Origin: Escherichia phage vB_EcoS_SP8
DNA length: 57,585 nucleotides
Sequence record: MT682705.1
Strand: one strand, 5' to 3'
The notes below the pieces were generated by a model. The model was not told the origin of the DNA. It saw nothing but the letters and a program-made list of their open reading frames with translations, and did not search any database. This document shows, in pieces, positions 38,796 to 48,071 of the stretch. Made by a program: the position numbers and the translations under genes. The stretch's first letter is position 1. The number at the start of each line of letters is the position of its first letter.

Positions 38796-39726
38796 ACCAT
38801 TTCTCGCGATAGATTGGGATTCAGCTAAACAGAAATATCCTGTAGGCATTATGCCTAAAATTGACGGCGTTCGTGGAATGAAGCCGTTTGGGGAACTTGT
38901 TGGACGAAGTCTTAAATCTTTTGCAAATAAGCAGGTCGCAAAGGTATTTGGATCTCCCATCTATGATGGTATGGACGGTGAGCTTGCCGTTGGGGACGAA
39001 ACGGACTTTGACTTATGTCGCAAGACAAGTAGTGCAACATCTAAAATTGAAGGTGAATACGTTTGGACGTGGCATGTATTCGATTTGTGCGAACCAAGCG
39101 TTGCACATCTGCCGTACAAAGAGCGGTACGACATGCTTAAGAAGTATGTGGACGAATGCCATGCTAACGGCGAGTTGATGGACGTGAAGGTTGTGCCGCT
39201 GTATGTGGTCAACAACGAACAAGAACTCCTGGAGTGGGAAAATATTTGGCTTGATATGGGATACGAAGGTGTAATCATTCGTGACCTTGAAGCAAAATAT
39301 AAATGGGGTCGTAGTACGCAGCGTGAAGGCGGTTATCTCCGCATTAAACGTTTTACTGATGGTGAAGGTGAAATCATTCGTATCATCGAAGGTTGCACCA
39401 ACGAGAATGAAGCGCAGATTAATGAATTGGGGCAAACTTATCGTTCAAGCCATCAAGCCAATATGATACCGAATGGTATGGTTGGTTCATTTGATGTGCG
39501 CGTTCTTACAGTACCTGAAGGTCTTGAAGGTCTTATTGAAGTTGGACAAGAAATGCGTGTAGGTGCTGGTCGTCTTACACATGAAGAACGTAAATATTAC
39601 TTTGAGCATCCTGATGAATTCATCGGGAAGATTTCTAAATGGAAATTCTTTGCTCACGGTATGAAGGACAAGTTGCGTATTCCTACGCATCAAAGTTTCC
39701 GTGATTCAACGGATATTAGTGAATAA
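38782..39726 (+). CDS. ATP-dependent DNA ligase
   Basis: adenylation motif KIDGVRG (KxDG) near the N-terminus; size about 314 aa. Confidence 0.65.
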   Translation: MARFKPFLAIDWDSAKQKYPVGIMPKIDGVRGMKPFGELVGRSLKSFANKQVAKVFGSPIYDGMDGELAVGDETDFDLCRKTSSATSKIEGEYVWTWHVFDLCEPSVAHLPYKERYDMLKKYVDECHANGELMDVKVVPLYVVNNEQELLEWENIWLDMGYEGVIIRDLEAKYKWGRSTQREGGYLRIKRFTDGEGEIIRIIEGCTNENEAQINELGQTYRSSHQANMIPNGMVGSFDVRVLTVPEGLEGLIEVGQEMRVGAGRLTHEERKYYFEHPDEFIGKISKWKFFAHGMKDKLRIPTHQSFRDSTDISE

Positions 39727-39790
39727 TCACGTTTTCATTCAGGGTAATTGGGTCCTAGTATTGCAGCCGTAACCACACAAGAGGTAACTT

Positions 39791-40537
39791 ATGCAATTTA
39801 CAACTACCGCTCAAGCAGTTTTGGACACTGGTGTCAAGATGCTTGTGTATGGTGAATCCGGTATGGGTAAGACCATGCTTACAGCAACTCTTCCAAGACC
39901 GTTGCTGATTTCTGCGGAGTCTGGGCTTTTATCTTTAACACCGAATAACATTGCTCGTGTATTTGGTGAAAACAGACCAGATATCTGCTACGATATTCCA
40001 ACCATCACGGTTGAAAATATCCAGGATGTAGAGCAGGCTTATGTTTGGGCGACTAACCCTGCAAACAATCCTGTAGGTGAAGATGGTTTACCGCGCTTTC
40101 AGTCTCTTGCGCTGGATTCACTTACTGAGATTGCTGAAAAGTGCCTTAACAATGCGAAGCGTACTGTGAAAGATCCGCGTCAGGCTTATGGGGATCTTAT
40201 TGAGAAGATGCAAACTTTAGTTCGCGCTTTTCGAGATATCCCTGGACTTAACGTGTACATGGCAGCTAAAATGTCCCGTAACAAGGACGAGTTGACAGGT
40301 ATTACGTCTTACGGTCCTTCTATGCCTGGTGCAAAATTAGGTCCAGAATTACCATACTTTTTTGACGAAGTGTTCAAAATTAGTGTTGGTAAAGACCAAA
40401 ATACTCAAGCAGATTTTCGTTATCTGCTGACCAGACCAGATCTGTCAAATGTATGTAAAGATCGTTCTGGTTCGTTAGAACAGATGGAATATCCACATCT
40501 TGGTGCAATCATTAACAAAATCAAAGGGGTACAATAA
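39791..40537 (+). CDS. RecA-like ATPase (Sak4-like recombination protein)
   Basis: Walker A YGESGMGKT near N-terminus; about 248 aa; followed by SSB-like and nuclease genes. Confidence 0.45.
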   Translation: MQFTTTAQAVLDTGVKMLVYGESGMGKTMLTATLPRPLLISAESGLLSLTPNNIARVFGENRPDICYDIPTITVENIQDVEQAYVWATNPANNPVGEDGLPRFQSLALDSLTEIAEKCLNNAKRTVKDPRQAYGDLIEKMQTLVRAFRDIPGLNVYMAAKMSRNKDELTGITSYGPSMPGAKLGPELPYFFDEVFKISVGKDQNTQADFRYLLTRPDLSNVCKDRSGSLEQMEYPHLGAIINKIKGVQ

Positions 40538-41457
40538 TGGCCGGTTTAGGAATGCAATTTAACGCTGGACAACACGCAGAGCGTCAACACAATAGCTTGA
40601 TGCCAGCTGGTTGGTATGTTGTTCAGATTGTAAACTCTGAGATCAAACCGACTAAAACTCCAGGCGGTGCGCGTCTGAATCTTCAGTTTAAGATTATGCA
40701 GGGTGATTTTGCTGGTCGTGTAATGTTTGGCGGTTACAACGTCAAAAACGCAAACCCTGTCGCTGTACAGATTGCAATGGAAGAACTGGCAGAGCTGTCC
40801 CGTGCTGTTAAAGTTCCAGTCTGGAACGATACTGAACAACTGCACGGTATTCCGTTCAACCTGAAAGTGAAAGTTCGTCAGCAACCTGGCTATGAGCCAA
40901 ACAACGAACCTCAGATTTATCAAGCAATTGATAATATGGAAGGTGTTGTATACGCAACTAAAGCGGATATGGCTAACCTGCCTAAATCAACTCCAGCAGC
41001 GGCAGCACAGTCTCCAGCATTTGGTGGCGGTGCGTTCGGTGGTACTCAGCAGCCACAGCAGCAACCGCAGCAGGGTTTCCCGGGCGCATTTGGGCAGCAG
41101 CCGCAGCAACAGCAGCAGCAACCTCAGACTCAGGGGTTCCAGCAGCAACAACAGCAACAACAGCCGCAGCAGCCGGTACAGCAACAGCAGCAACCGCAGC
41201 AGTCTGGAACAGTTGATTTTAACAGTGCGGCACAATCTCAACCGTGGGCTAATGGTGCGCAGAAGCAGACTCAGCAGCAACCTAACTGGGCAACTCAGCA
41301 GGTACAGCCTGGAGCAGAGCAACCGCAAACTCAAGCTCAGAATACTGGTACTGCTAACCATGCAGAACCTGAAGTCCAGGATGATATCGCTAAAGCAGCT
41401 CAGACCAAGACTCCACCGTGGAAACGTTCCACTGAAGGCGATGACGCTGCACAGTAA
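40537..41457 (+). CDS. putative ssDNA-binding protein with Gln/Pro-rich tail
   Basis: position after Sak4-like gene; internal 50-residue Q/P-rich low-complexity tract; function inferred from context only. Confidence 0.3.
   Translation: MAGLGMQFNAGQHAERQHNSLMPAGWYVVQIVNSEIKPTKTPGGARLNLQFKIMQGDFAGRVMFGGYNVKNANPVAVQIAMEELAELSRAVKVPVWNDTEQLHGIPFNLKVKVRQQPGYEPNNEPQIYQAIDNMEGVVYATKADMANLPKSTPAAAAQSPAFGGGAFGGTQQPQQQPQQGFPGAFGQQPQQQQQQPQTQGFQQQQQQQQPQQPVQQQQQPQQSGTVDFNSAAQSQPWANGAQKQTQQQPNWATQQVQPGAEQPQTQAQNTGTANHAEPEVQDDIAKAAQTKTPPWKRSTEGDDAAQ
41044..41202 (+). repeat. CAG/CAA-rich simple sequence tract encoding poly-Gln/Pro
   Basis: cagcagccacagcagcaaccgcagcag... read directly. Confidence 0.6.
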
Positions 41458-41476
41458 TTAAAAATCATGTTATAAT

Positions 41477-41504
41477 AAAGCTCCTCCGGGAGCTTTATTT
41501 TTCT
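41477..41504 (+). terminator. rho-independent terminator
   Basis: stem AAAGCTCC / GGAGCTTT with 4-nt loop, followed by ATTTTTCT. Confidence 0.6.
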
Positions 41505-41519
41505 ATATAGGATTATGAT

Positions 41520-42470
41520 ATGCCACATTTTTATCCTGCTACTAAGACAATGGAGTTATTCAATGACTGTATTGAACGAGATCAAGGATCCGCTTACAGA
41601 GTATGGCTCGGAAAAGTATTACCGCATATTGAAGACGCATATCGAGAGGGGGATGGCGGATTCCGTTCGCATCTTGGGATTAGTCTTATTGGACAAGAAT
41701 GTAGTAGAGCAATCTTCTACGGATGGAGATGGGCAACTAAACCACACTTTAACGGTAAAACCTTACGTCTATTCAATCGCGGGCATCTTGAAGAAGGTCG
41801 CTTCGTGGCCTTACTACTTACCGCCGGTATGCAAGTCATCCAACAAGACGAAAATGGCAGCCAGTATCGAGTCAGCTATCTCAACGGGCACTTTGGCTCT
41901 GCGATAGATGGTATTGTCATTGGTTGCCCCGACATGCCGCAACCTTCTACACCAATCTTGACGGAAATGAAAACGCACAATAACGATTCGTTCAAGAAAC
42001 TTGTCGTTAATGGTGTGAAGGAATCTAAGTGGGAGCACTATGTCCAGATGCAGGAATACATGTTGTATTATGGACTTCCAGCCGCTCTTTATATTGCAGT
42101 TAACAAGAACACAGATGAGATTTGGGCAGAGCTTGTACCGTTTGACAGTGAGACCGCAGAACGTTACAAGGACCGTGGATTTGTAATTGCATTGGCAGAA
42201 TGTCCACCGCCTAAACTCAATGAAAGTAAATCTTACTATAAATGCAAATGGTGTGATCACAAGGCGGTGTGCCATAACAACAAAATGCCTGAAGTTAACT
42301 GCCGCACATGTAAGCACTCATACCCACTTGAAGATGGAACCTGGAGATGTGCAATTAAAGTAGCTTCCGCTACTGCATACATCACTGATGGAACCGAAGG
42401 TGTATTAACGAAGGAAGATCAGATGGCAGCATGTGGTCAATACGAAGCAGCAGATTATTACGGTGAGTAA
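41520..42470 (+). CDS. PD-(D/E)xK exonuclease with C-terminal Cys cluster (Cas4/RecB-like)
   Basis: AIDGIV ... ILTEMK (D, E-x-K) and C-x13-C-x2-C-x5-C (CPPPK...YYKCKWCDHKAVC) typical of Fe-S-containing Cas4/AddB-type nucleases. Confidence 0.5.
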   Translation: MPHFYPATKTMELFNDCIERDQGSAYRVWLGKVLPHIEDAYREGDGGFRSHLGISLIGQECSRAIFYGWRWATKPHFNGKTLRLFNRGHLEEGRFVALLLTAGMQVIQQDENGSQYRVSYLNGHFGSAIDGIVIGCPDMPQPSTPILTEMKTHNNDSFKKLVVNGVKESKWEHYVQMQEYMLYYGLPAALYIAVNKNTDEIWAELVPFDSETAERYKDRGFVIALAECPPPKLNESKSYYKCKWCDHKAVCHNNKMPEVNCRTCKHSYPLEDGTWRCAIKVASATAYITDGTEGVLTKEDQMAACGQYEAADYYGE

Positions 42471-44474
42471 ATGTTCAAACTACGTGATTATCAGCAAGAA
42501 GCTGTAAACAGTACATTGCGCTATTTCATCAAGCATGGTGAAAAGTCAGGAAATCCTGTTATCTTGTTGCCTACAGGGACTGGTAAGTCCCTTGTAATTG
42601 CTGGTCTATTAAAGACAATTCACGATAATTGGGGTAGTACCCGCATGATGGTAATTACTCACGTAAAAGAATTGATAGACCAGAACCACGATAAATTTAA
42701 GAAGTTGTGGCCTGAAGCACCGACTGGTATTTATAGTGCTGGTATGGGTCGCAAGGATAAGAATGCAATGATAACGTTCGCAGGTATTCAGTCTGTTGCA
42801 AAACAAGCTAAATACTTTGAGGACGTTGATATTATTATAGTGGACGAATGTGACCTTATTAGTCCAAATCAGCAAACAAGTTATCAGAAGTTCTTTGCAC
42901 ATATCCGTGAAAAGAACCCATATGTAAAGATTATCGGTCTTACTGCTACAAGCTGGCGTCTTGGTTTTGGTTCTATTATCAAAGATGACTATGCTCCTAA
43001 TGCTCTATTTGATGAAATCGTATTTAACGCGTGTACTGTAGAGTGCTTCAACTGGTTTATTGATGAAGGTTATCTGGTTCCGTTAGTACCACGTAAAACA
43101 AAGAAAGAGTATGATGTAAGTGGTGTTCATACTCGAGGCGGTGAGTTCATTGAAAGTGAACTTCAGAAGGTTGTAAACGACCCTGATGTAACACGCCATT
43201 TGTTAGATGATGCGATTAGTATTGCGGAAGAAGAGAATAGAATGAGTTGGCTTATCTTTTGTGCTGGTGTAGACCATGCAAAAGATGTAAAAGACTATCT
43301 TAATGAACGCGGTATTAGTTGCGAAGTTGTAACTGGTGACACACCAAAAGCCTTGCGTGACCAGTACCTCATTGACTTTAAAGCTGGTCGTTTGCAGGCA
43401 ATAGCGAACAACAACGTATTGACGACAGGCTTTGACCATCCTGGTCTTGACTTGATAATTGGTATGCGCCCGTCCCAATCTTCCCGCTTATGGGTTCAGA
43501 TGCTTGGACGTGGTACTCGACCTGATTATGCTGATGGTTTTGATTTGACCACAACGGAAGGTCGTTTGCAAGCTATCTCCGCTTCACATAAACAGAACTG
43601 TCTTGTACTAGACTATGCAGGTAATACAAGACGTCTTGGGCCTATTAACGATCCTGTAATTCCTAAGCGTCCAGGGCAGAAAGGAAAGTCCGCTGCACCT
43701 GTTAAAGAATGCCCGGTATGTAAGACCTGGAACCATGCGTCAGTTCGCTATTGTGGTGGGTTAAAACCATTCGATACAAGCAGTATGTCTCATGAAGAAA
43801 TACTCTATCTACAAGGATTAGGATATACCATTACGAATAATAAAGCGTGTCGTGCTGGTTATTGCGGTCATGAGTTTACTTTTGAGAAGAAACTAATGGC
43901 GAGTGCAAGTACGAAAGCTATTATCAAGAATGATTTACCAGTTACAGAAGTGTTGAAAGTTGATATGGTGAGTTACTATCGTCACGAGAACAGAGGTGAC
44001 CGTTCTAAGCCACCAACACTTCGTGTTGACTATCTTTGTGGCTCACAAACTATTCAACAATATATTTGCCTATTCCATACTGGCTTTGCAGGTAAGAAAG
44101 CGCGTAACTGGTGGCGTGAGCATTGCAGCTTGGCAATCCCAGCTAACATTGACGAAGCTCTCAATGTGGTTAGCCAGCTTCGTGTACCGACGCACATTTA
44201 TGTCAACTTGAAGGGTAAGTTCCCCGAAGTGTTGAATAGTTGTTATGACGGTAGTGAGTTCGGTAAGAAAGAAGCAACAAACGAACGTCCGGTTGTACAA
44301 ATTGCAGCAATGAATGGTCTGTCCCAGTTTGGTGGAAGTTATACGAATAAGTTTGATGAAGATGAGCAGACTGATTCCCGTACGACAGTATTGCATTCTA
44401 CGTTTAATCAACCTATTCTTACTGGTAACGGTAAAGAACTACCACCAGACTTTGATGACGACATTCCGTTTTGA
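42471..44474 (+). CDS. SF2 DNA helicase (DEAD/DEAH-like)
   Basis: motif I LPTGTGKS, motif II IVDECD; 667 aa. Confidence 0.7.
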   Translation: MFKLRDYQQEAVNSTLRYFIKHGEKSGNPVILLPTGTGKSLVIAGLLKTIHDNWGSTRMMVITHVKELIDQNHDKFKKLWPEAPTGIYSAGMGRKDKNAMITFAGIQSVAKQAKYFEDVDIIIVDECDLISPNQQTSYQKFFAHIREKNPYVKIIGLTATSWRLGFGSIIKDDYAPNALFDEIVFNACTVECFNWFIDEGYLVPLVPRKTKKEYDVSGVHTRGGEFIESELQKVVNDPDVTRHLLDDAISIAEEENRMSWLIFCAGVDHAKDVKDYLNERGISCEVVTGDTPKALRDQYLIDFKAGRLQAIANNNVLTTGFDHPGLDLIIGMRPSQSSRLWVQMLGRGTRPDYADGFDLTTTEGRLQAISASHKQNCLVLDYAGNTRRLGPINDPVIPKRPGQKGKSAAPVKECPVCKTWNHASVRYCGGLKPFDTSSMSHEEILYLQGLGYTITNNKACRAGYCGHEFTFEKKLMASASTKAIIKNDLPVTEVLKVDMVSYYRHENRGDRSKPPTLRVDYLCGSQTIQQYICLFHTGFAGKKARNWWREHCSLAIPANIDEALNVVSQLRVPTHIYVNLKGKFPEVLNSCYDGSEFGKKEATNERPVVQIAAMNGLSQFGGSYTNKFDEDEQTDSRTTVLHSTFNQPILTGNGKELPPDFDDDIPF

Positions 44475-44481
44475 GGCTTAT

Positions 44482-44721
44482 ATGGCAAAGATGACGTTTA
44501 GAAGTGACGACTATTCACCGGAAGATGGTGAATGGAAGACTTTTAAAGAGTGGGAGGCGTTAGGTTACGGTGTAATTAAAGGAGAAAGAGCTAAACGATT
44601 TATTCATGGTGTAGCAGTTTTTCACGAAAGTCAAGTAATCAATATTGAAGACGAGTTTGAAAATTACATGCGTGAAGAACTACGTGGAATGTATTGTGGG
44701 CCCGAATGGTGGAAGGATTAA
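44482..44721 (+). CDS. hypothetical protein
   Basis: 79-codon ORF starting at ATG (MAKMTF). Confidence 0.35.
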   Translation: MAKMTFRSDDYSPEDGEWKTFKEWEALGYGVIKGERAKRFIHGVAVFHESQVINIEDEFENYMREELRGMYCGPEWWKD

Positions 44722-44722
44722 T

Positions 44723-45445
44723 ATGTACGTCTTAATTGATTACGATCGGATGCAGGTATTAGCCAAACATCCAAACTTCCAACGTCTTCATGAGTATGGA
44801 ATTCTATGCTGTAGCGAAAGTTCTGTAGTTCTTCCGTTAGAAGTTGAAGAACTGTATAAAGAGTTTGATGATGTGCAAATGCAGCTTTTGTACATCAACT
44901 TAACGGGTAATAAGCAAGGTGCTTTATATCCAAAGAAAATGATCAGTAAGATCATCCATTACTTTTTAAATGAAATACCGGAGACAGTAATAGATGCGGA
45001 TGTGGCTGAACAAGCGGACTGGGCAATTGCTAGTAATAAAGAGGGTGAGTGCATGTACCGCGAAGGCAGCTCTGTTCCAGATTTGGGGGAGGAGCCTAAT
45101 ATTCAAGTACGGAATGATAGTTCATTGGAATCCGCCATCATTGACGGCCCAACCGTACAAACAAATATGGGCATACAAGGGGCATGGACACCGACAAGAG
45201 AGCGGCAAGGTACTAGCACACCGGCAAACGAAAAACGTGCCGCAACGTCGCGTACAGCCGGCACTCGCGATATTATTTTCGCTGTTGCTGACGAAATGTG
45301 GAAAGAAGCTGGTGAACCTCGTGACAAGAAGGAAATCCTTCAGCTTAGAAAACAAATGATGGATCGTTTAGAGGCACAAGGTGTGAAGCGTAATACATCA
45401 AGTAATACATTAGGGGTCTGGGTAAAAGAACGTGGCTTAAATTAA
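44723..45445 (+). CDS. hypothetical protein
   Basis: 240-codon ORF starting at ATG (MYVLIDYD). Confidence 0.35.
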   Translation: MYVLIDYDRMQVLAKHPNFQRLHEYGILCCSESSVVLPLEVEELYKEFDDVQMQLLYINLTGNKQGALYPKKMISKIIHYFLNEIPETVIDADVAEQADWAIASNKEGECMYREGSSVPDLGEEPNIQVRNDSSLESAIIDGPTVQTNMGIQGAWTPTRERQGTSTPANEKRAATSRTAGTRDIIFAVADEMWKEAGEPRDKKEILQLRKQMMDRLEAQGVKRNTSSNTLGVWVKERGLN

Positions 45446-45457
45446 TTAACTAAAATA

Positions 45458-45486
45458 TTGCATAGTTCTTTTAGAGGGGTTATAGT
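45458..45486 (+). promoter_or_regulatory. candidate sigma70-type promoter
   Basis: TTGCAT, 17-bp spacer, TATAGT; shares the AATATTGCA context with the early promoter at 24769. Confidence 0.5.
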
Positions 45487-45541
45487 GCAACCACTTAGAA
45501 CGTAGTTCACAACCAATAACCACACTGTGAGGATTTAAATC

Positions 45542-46366
45542 ATGGCTAAAGAGAAAACTCCAGAGCAACTGGAAGCAGAAGAAGCAGCAAAGAAAGCAGC
45601 AAAAGAAGCTGAAGCAAAGAAAAAACGTGAAGCTGAAGAAAAAGCAGCACGTGAATTGCAGGCTAAAGTTGATGCCGCAATGAACGAAGCCACTGCCGGT
45701 TACAATGTGATCGAAGGTGTTGTGTCCGCTGTTAAAGAACAGTTTGACACTCTGCACGAAGGTTCGTTGCTGGACGAAGTTAAAGCAGTTGAGAGCGTAG
45801 TTACCGCTCAACTGAAGACCGCTAAAGAAGGTCTGAAAGCTGTTAAAGCAGCAGTACGTAAAGTTAAAGACAACGATCAACTGAAAACTGCCGTTGCAGC
45901 ATCTGAAGATCTGGTTTCCGGTGTTGAAGCCACTCTGAAAGATGTTAAAGGTCGTGTATCCGCTGCCCGCGAAGCCACTAAAGCCGCTGAAAAAGCGAAA
46001 CTTGACGCTGAACGCGCTGAGAAGAAACGTCTGCAGGACGAAGAGCGTGCTCGTAAAGCAGTAGAACGCGAAGCTAAGAAAGAGCCTGAACAGAACGGTA
46101 TTCGCAAGCCTGGTGTTGGTACTCTGTGCCGTGCTGCATGGGATATCTTTGACGCTGTGACCCTGGAGCTGGGTCAGACTGCACCGATCAGCTACGTTCT
46201 GCCTGTTGCACTGGACAAAGGCCTGAACGAAGCGAACGTTAAAGCGGAATATGCTCGCTGGAAGAAATACATGGGCATTACTGGTCGCGTATCCGTTCCA
46301 GTACCTGCTAATATTGCACAAGCGGCCGCTAACGTAGAAATTCCGTCTCAGAAAACTGCAGAGTAA
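45542..46366 (+). CDS. hypothetical Lys/Ala/Glu-rich helical protein, predicted highly expressed
   Basis: own promoter, RBS GAGGA, strong downstream terminator; codon choice biased to CTG, CGT, GGT, GAA, AAA. Confidence 0.5.
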   Translation: MAKEKTPEQLEAEEAAKKAAKEAEAKKKREAEEKAARELQAKVDAAMNEATAGYNVIEGVVSAVKEQFDTLHEGSLLDEVKAVESVVTAQLKTAKEGLKAVKAAVRKVKDNDQLKTAVAASEDLVSGVEATLKDVKGRVSAAREATKAAEKAKLDAERAEKKRLQDEERARKAVEREAKKEPEQNGIRKPGVGTLCRAAWDIFDAVTLELGQTAPISYVLPVALDKGLNEANVKAEYARWKKYMGITGRVSVPVPANIAQAAANVEIPSQKTAE

Positions 46367-46390
46367 TCTGTAGATACTTCGGAAACTCAG

Positions 46391-46411
46391 AAGGGGCATT
46401 TACTGCCCCTT
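46391..46411 (+). terminator. rho-independent terminator
   Basis: stem AAGGGGCA / TGCCCCTT with 5-nt loop followed by TGTT. Confidence 0.55.
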
Positions 46412-46434
46412 TGTTATCTTACCCCGAGGTTCAA

Positions 46435-47199
46435 ATGTTTGCACAAGCCATTATCGCCCACCACTGGGCTCAAGCCAAATTTGGAAATCATATGAAAATT
46501 ATTAATACTCAGGAACCTGAGAAGTTAGTTCGTGAACGTGGTATTCTTGATGTACATTCCATTTTTCATACCATTCAAGGCGAAGGCCCGTTTTGTGGTC
46601 AACCTGCCGTGTTTGTTCGTTTAGCTGGTTGTAACCTGCAATGCCCAGGATGTGATACAAACTATACGTCCAATCGTAAGAAGATGAGTCATAACGATAT
46701 CTGGCAAGAGATTGTCCGTGTTACTGGCGAAGCTAAGACTGAGTTAGTTGTTATCACTGGTGGCGAACCTTTCCGCCAACCTGAGGTTGCTAATTTTATC
46801 AATTACCTTATTGATATGAAAGGTTATCGCGTACAGGTTGAAACTAACGGAACTATGCCTATCCCGCGTGAACTCAACTATAACTGTGTGGTAGTATGTA
46901 GTCCTAAGGCGGCAAAGATACACCCTAGCGTTTCAGCTCGAGCAGATGCTTTCAAATATGTAATGAAAAGTGGAAACGTCAACGAGGAAGATGGGTTGCC
47001 GTTGCAGGCACTGGATCACCGTGCAACACCATTTATCGCACGTCCGCCTGTACACTTTAAAGGTAAAATTTATCTTCAACCTATGGATGAACAGGACGAC
47101 GATGCTAATAAAGCAAACGCTCAAGCTGTCGTTAAATACGCAATGAAGCACAATTATATCGTGCAATTGCAGATTCACAAATATTTAGGTGTAGAGTGA
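46435..47199 (+). CDS. queE: 7-carboxy-7-deazaguanine synthase (QueE, radical SAM)
   Basis: radical-SAM cluster motif CNLQCPGC (Cx3Cx2C) after FHTIQGEGPFCGQP; start at ATG (MFAQAI) preceded by GAGGT. Confidence 0.7.
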   Translation: MFAQAIIAHHWAQAKFGNHMKIINTQEPEKLVRERGILDVHSIFHTIQGEGPFCGQPAVFVRLAGCNLQCPGCDTNYTSNRKKMSHNDIWQEIVRVTGEAKTELVVITGGEPFRQPEVANFINYLIDMKGYRVQVETNGTMPIPRELNYNCVVVCSPKAAKIHPSVSARADAFKYVMKSGNVNEEDGLPLQALDHRATPFIARPPVHFKGKIYLQPMDEQDDDANKANAQAVVKYAMKHNYIVQLQIHKYLGVE

Positions 47200-47311
47200 A
47201 GTTATACATATTTAAAAACGCATGGATGATTGCTGTGGCTAATGATCATTATGCTGGTGACGGTCAACGCGCTAAAAGACACGGTATGTTCAACTAATAA
47301 GGTAAATCGTT

Positions 47312-48070
47312 ATGAATAAGCATATTCAATTACTCGGTCAAATTGTTCCACAAAATGTGTTAAACCAGTGTCTGTTTGATGAAGACGGATTTGTAAAACA
47401 TTATGTGACCACAGTTTCTCAGGCGGCGTCCAATACAGCTCTTGCATCTGTAATTCGAGAAGGGTATTTAGTAGATGTCTTGAACGATATCAGTCCCGAA
47501 CTCACTGTCTTTGTTGAAGGTATGGATGGACATGATCTTATGAACTTAAAGACAGTCTACAATACGCATGTAACGCCTCCACGTAACGCACTTTACAAAT
47601 GGCGCATTAGTGCTTCTGTTAGCGGAACACAGAAAGTGGAAGAAGTGGAAGAGATGGTTAAAAATCATAAAACTTCTTCTGAAAAATTAGCTGGTATCAT
47701 GGAAGATGTACTTTCGAGCGTGTTTAAAGTTGATCGTAACAAAGAAGGCGAGCCGGAACTATTCGTTAATGACGCGTTTGTTAATAAGGATTGCATTCAG
47801 GAGATTAAAGCTCCACGTCCGAATAAATATATGCGCAAAATCAAAAGTTTTGAATCACATGACATTAACGGTAGCCCGATTGAAATTGATGTGTGGGTTG
47901 ACGTGTACGATGTAATTAAAGCATTCAATGTAACCAGTGGACCTATGCAACACGCACTGAAGAAAGTGTTGTGTGCTGGTGAGCGCGGTCATAAAGACTT
48001 ACTGGAAGACCTCAACGATATTATTGCATCCGTTGAGCGTGAAATTGAAATGGTTAAAGAAGGTAAATAA
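47312..48070 (+). CDS. hypothetical protein embedded in the deazaguanine cluster
   Basis: 252-aa ORF between queE and gat-queC; no motif recognised. Confidence 0.45.
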   Translation: MNKHIQLLGQIVPQNVLNQCLFDEDGFVKHYVTTVSQAASNTALASVIREGYLVDVLNDISPELTVFVEGMDGHDLMNLKTVYNTHVTPPRNALYKWRISASVSGTQKVEEVEEMVKNHKTSSEKLAGIMEDVLSSVFKVDRNKEGEPELFVNDAFVNKDCIQEIKAPRPNKYMRKIKSFESHDINGSPIEIDVWVDVYDVIKAFNVTSGPMQHALKKVLCAGERGHKDLLEDLNDIIASVEREIEMVKEGK

Positions 48071-48071
48071 T

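Noticed and set aside
41468-41476. Extended -10-like element TGTTATAAT
   Set aside because: It sits immediately before a terminator hairpin with no -35 element and no downstream start in range; likely chance, though it could be a weak promoter for the 41520 gene.
47973-48071. Upstream extension of the Gat-QueC ORF
   Set aside because: The extension overlaps the preceding gene and starts at a non-ATG codon; the ATG at 48072 gives the canonical Met-Cys amidotransferase N-terminus.
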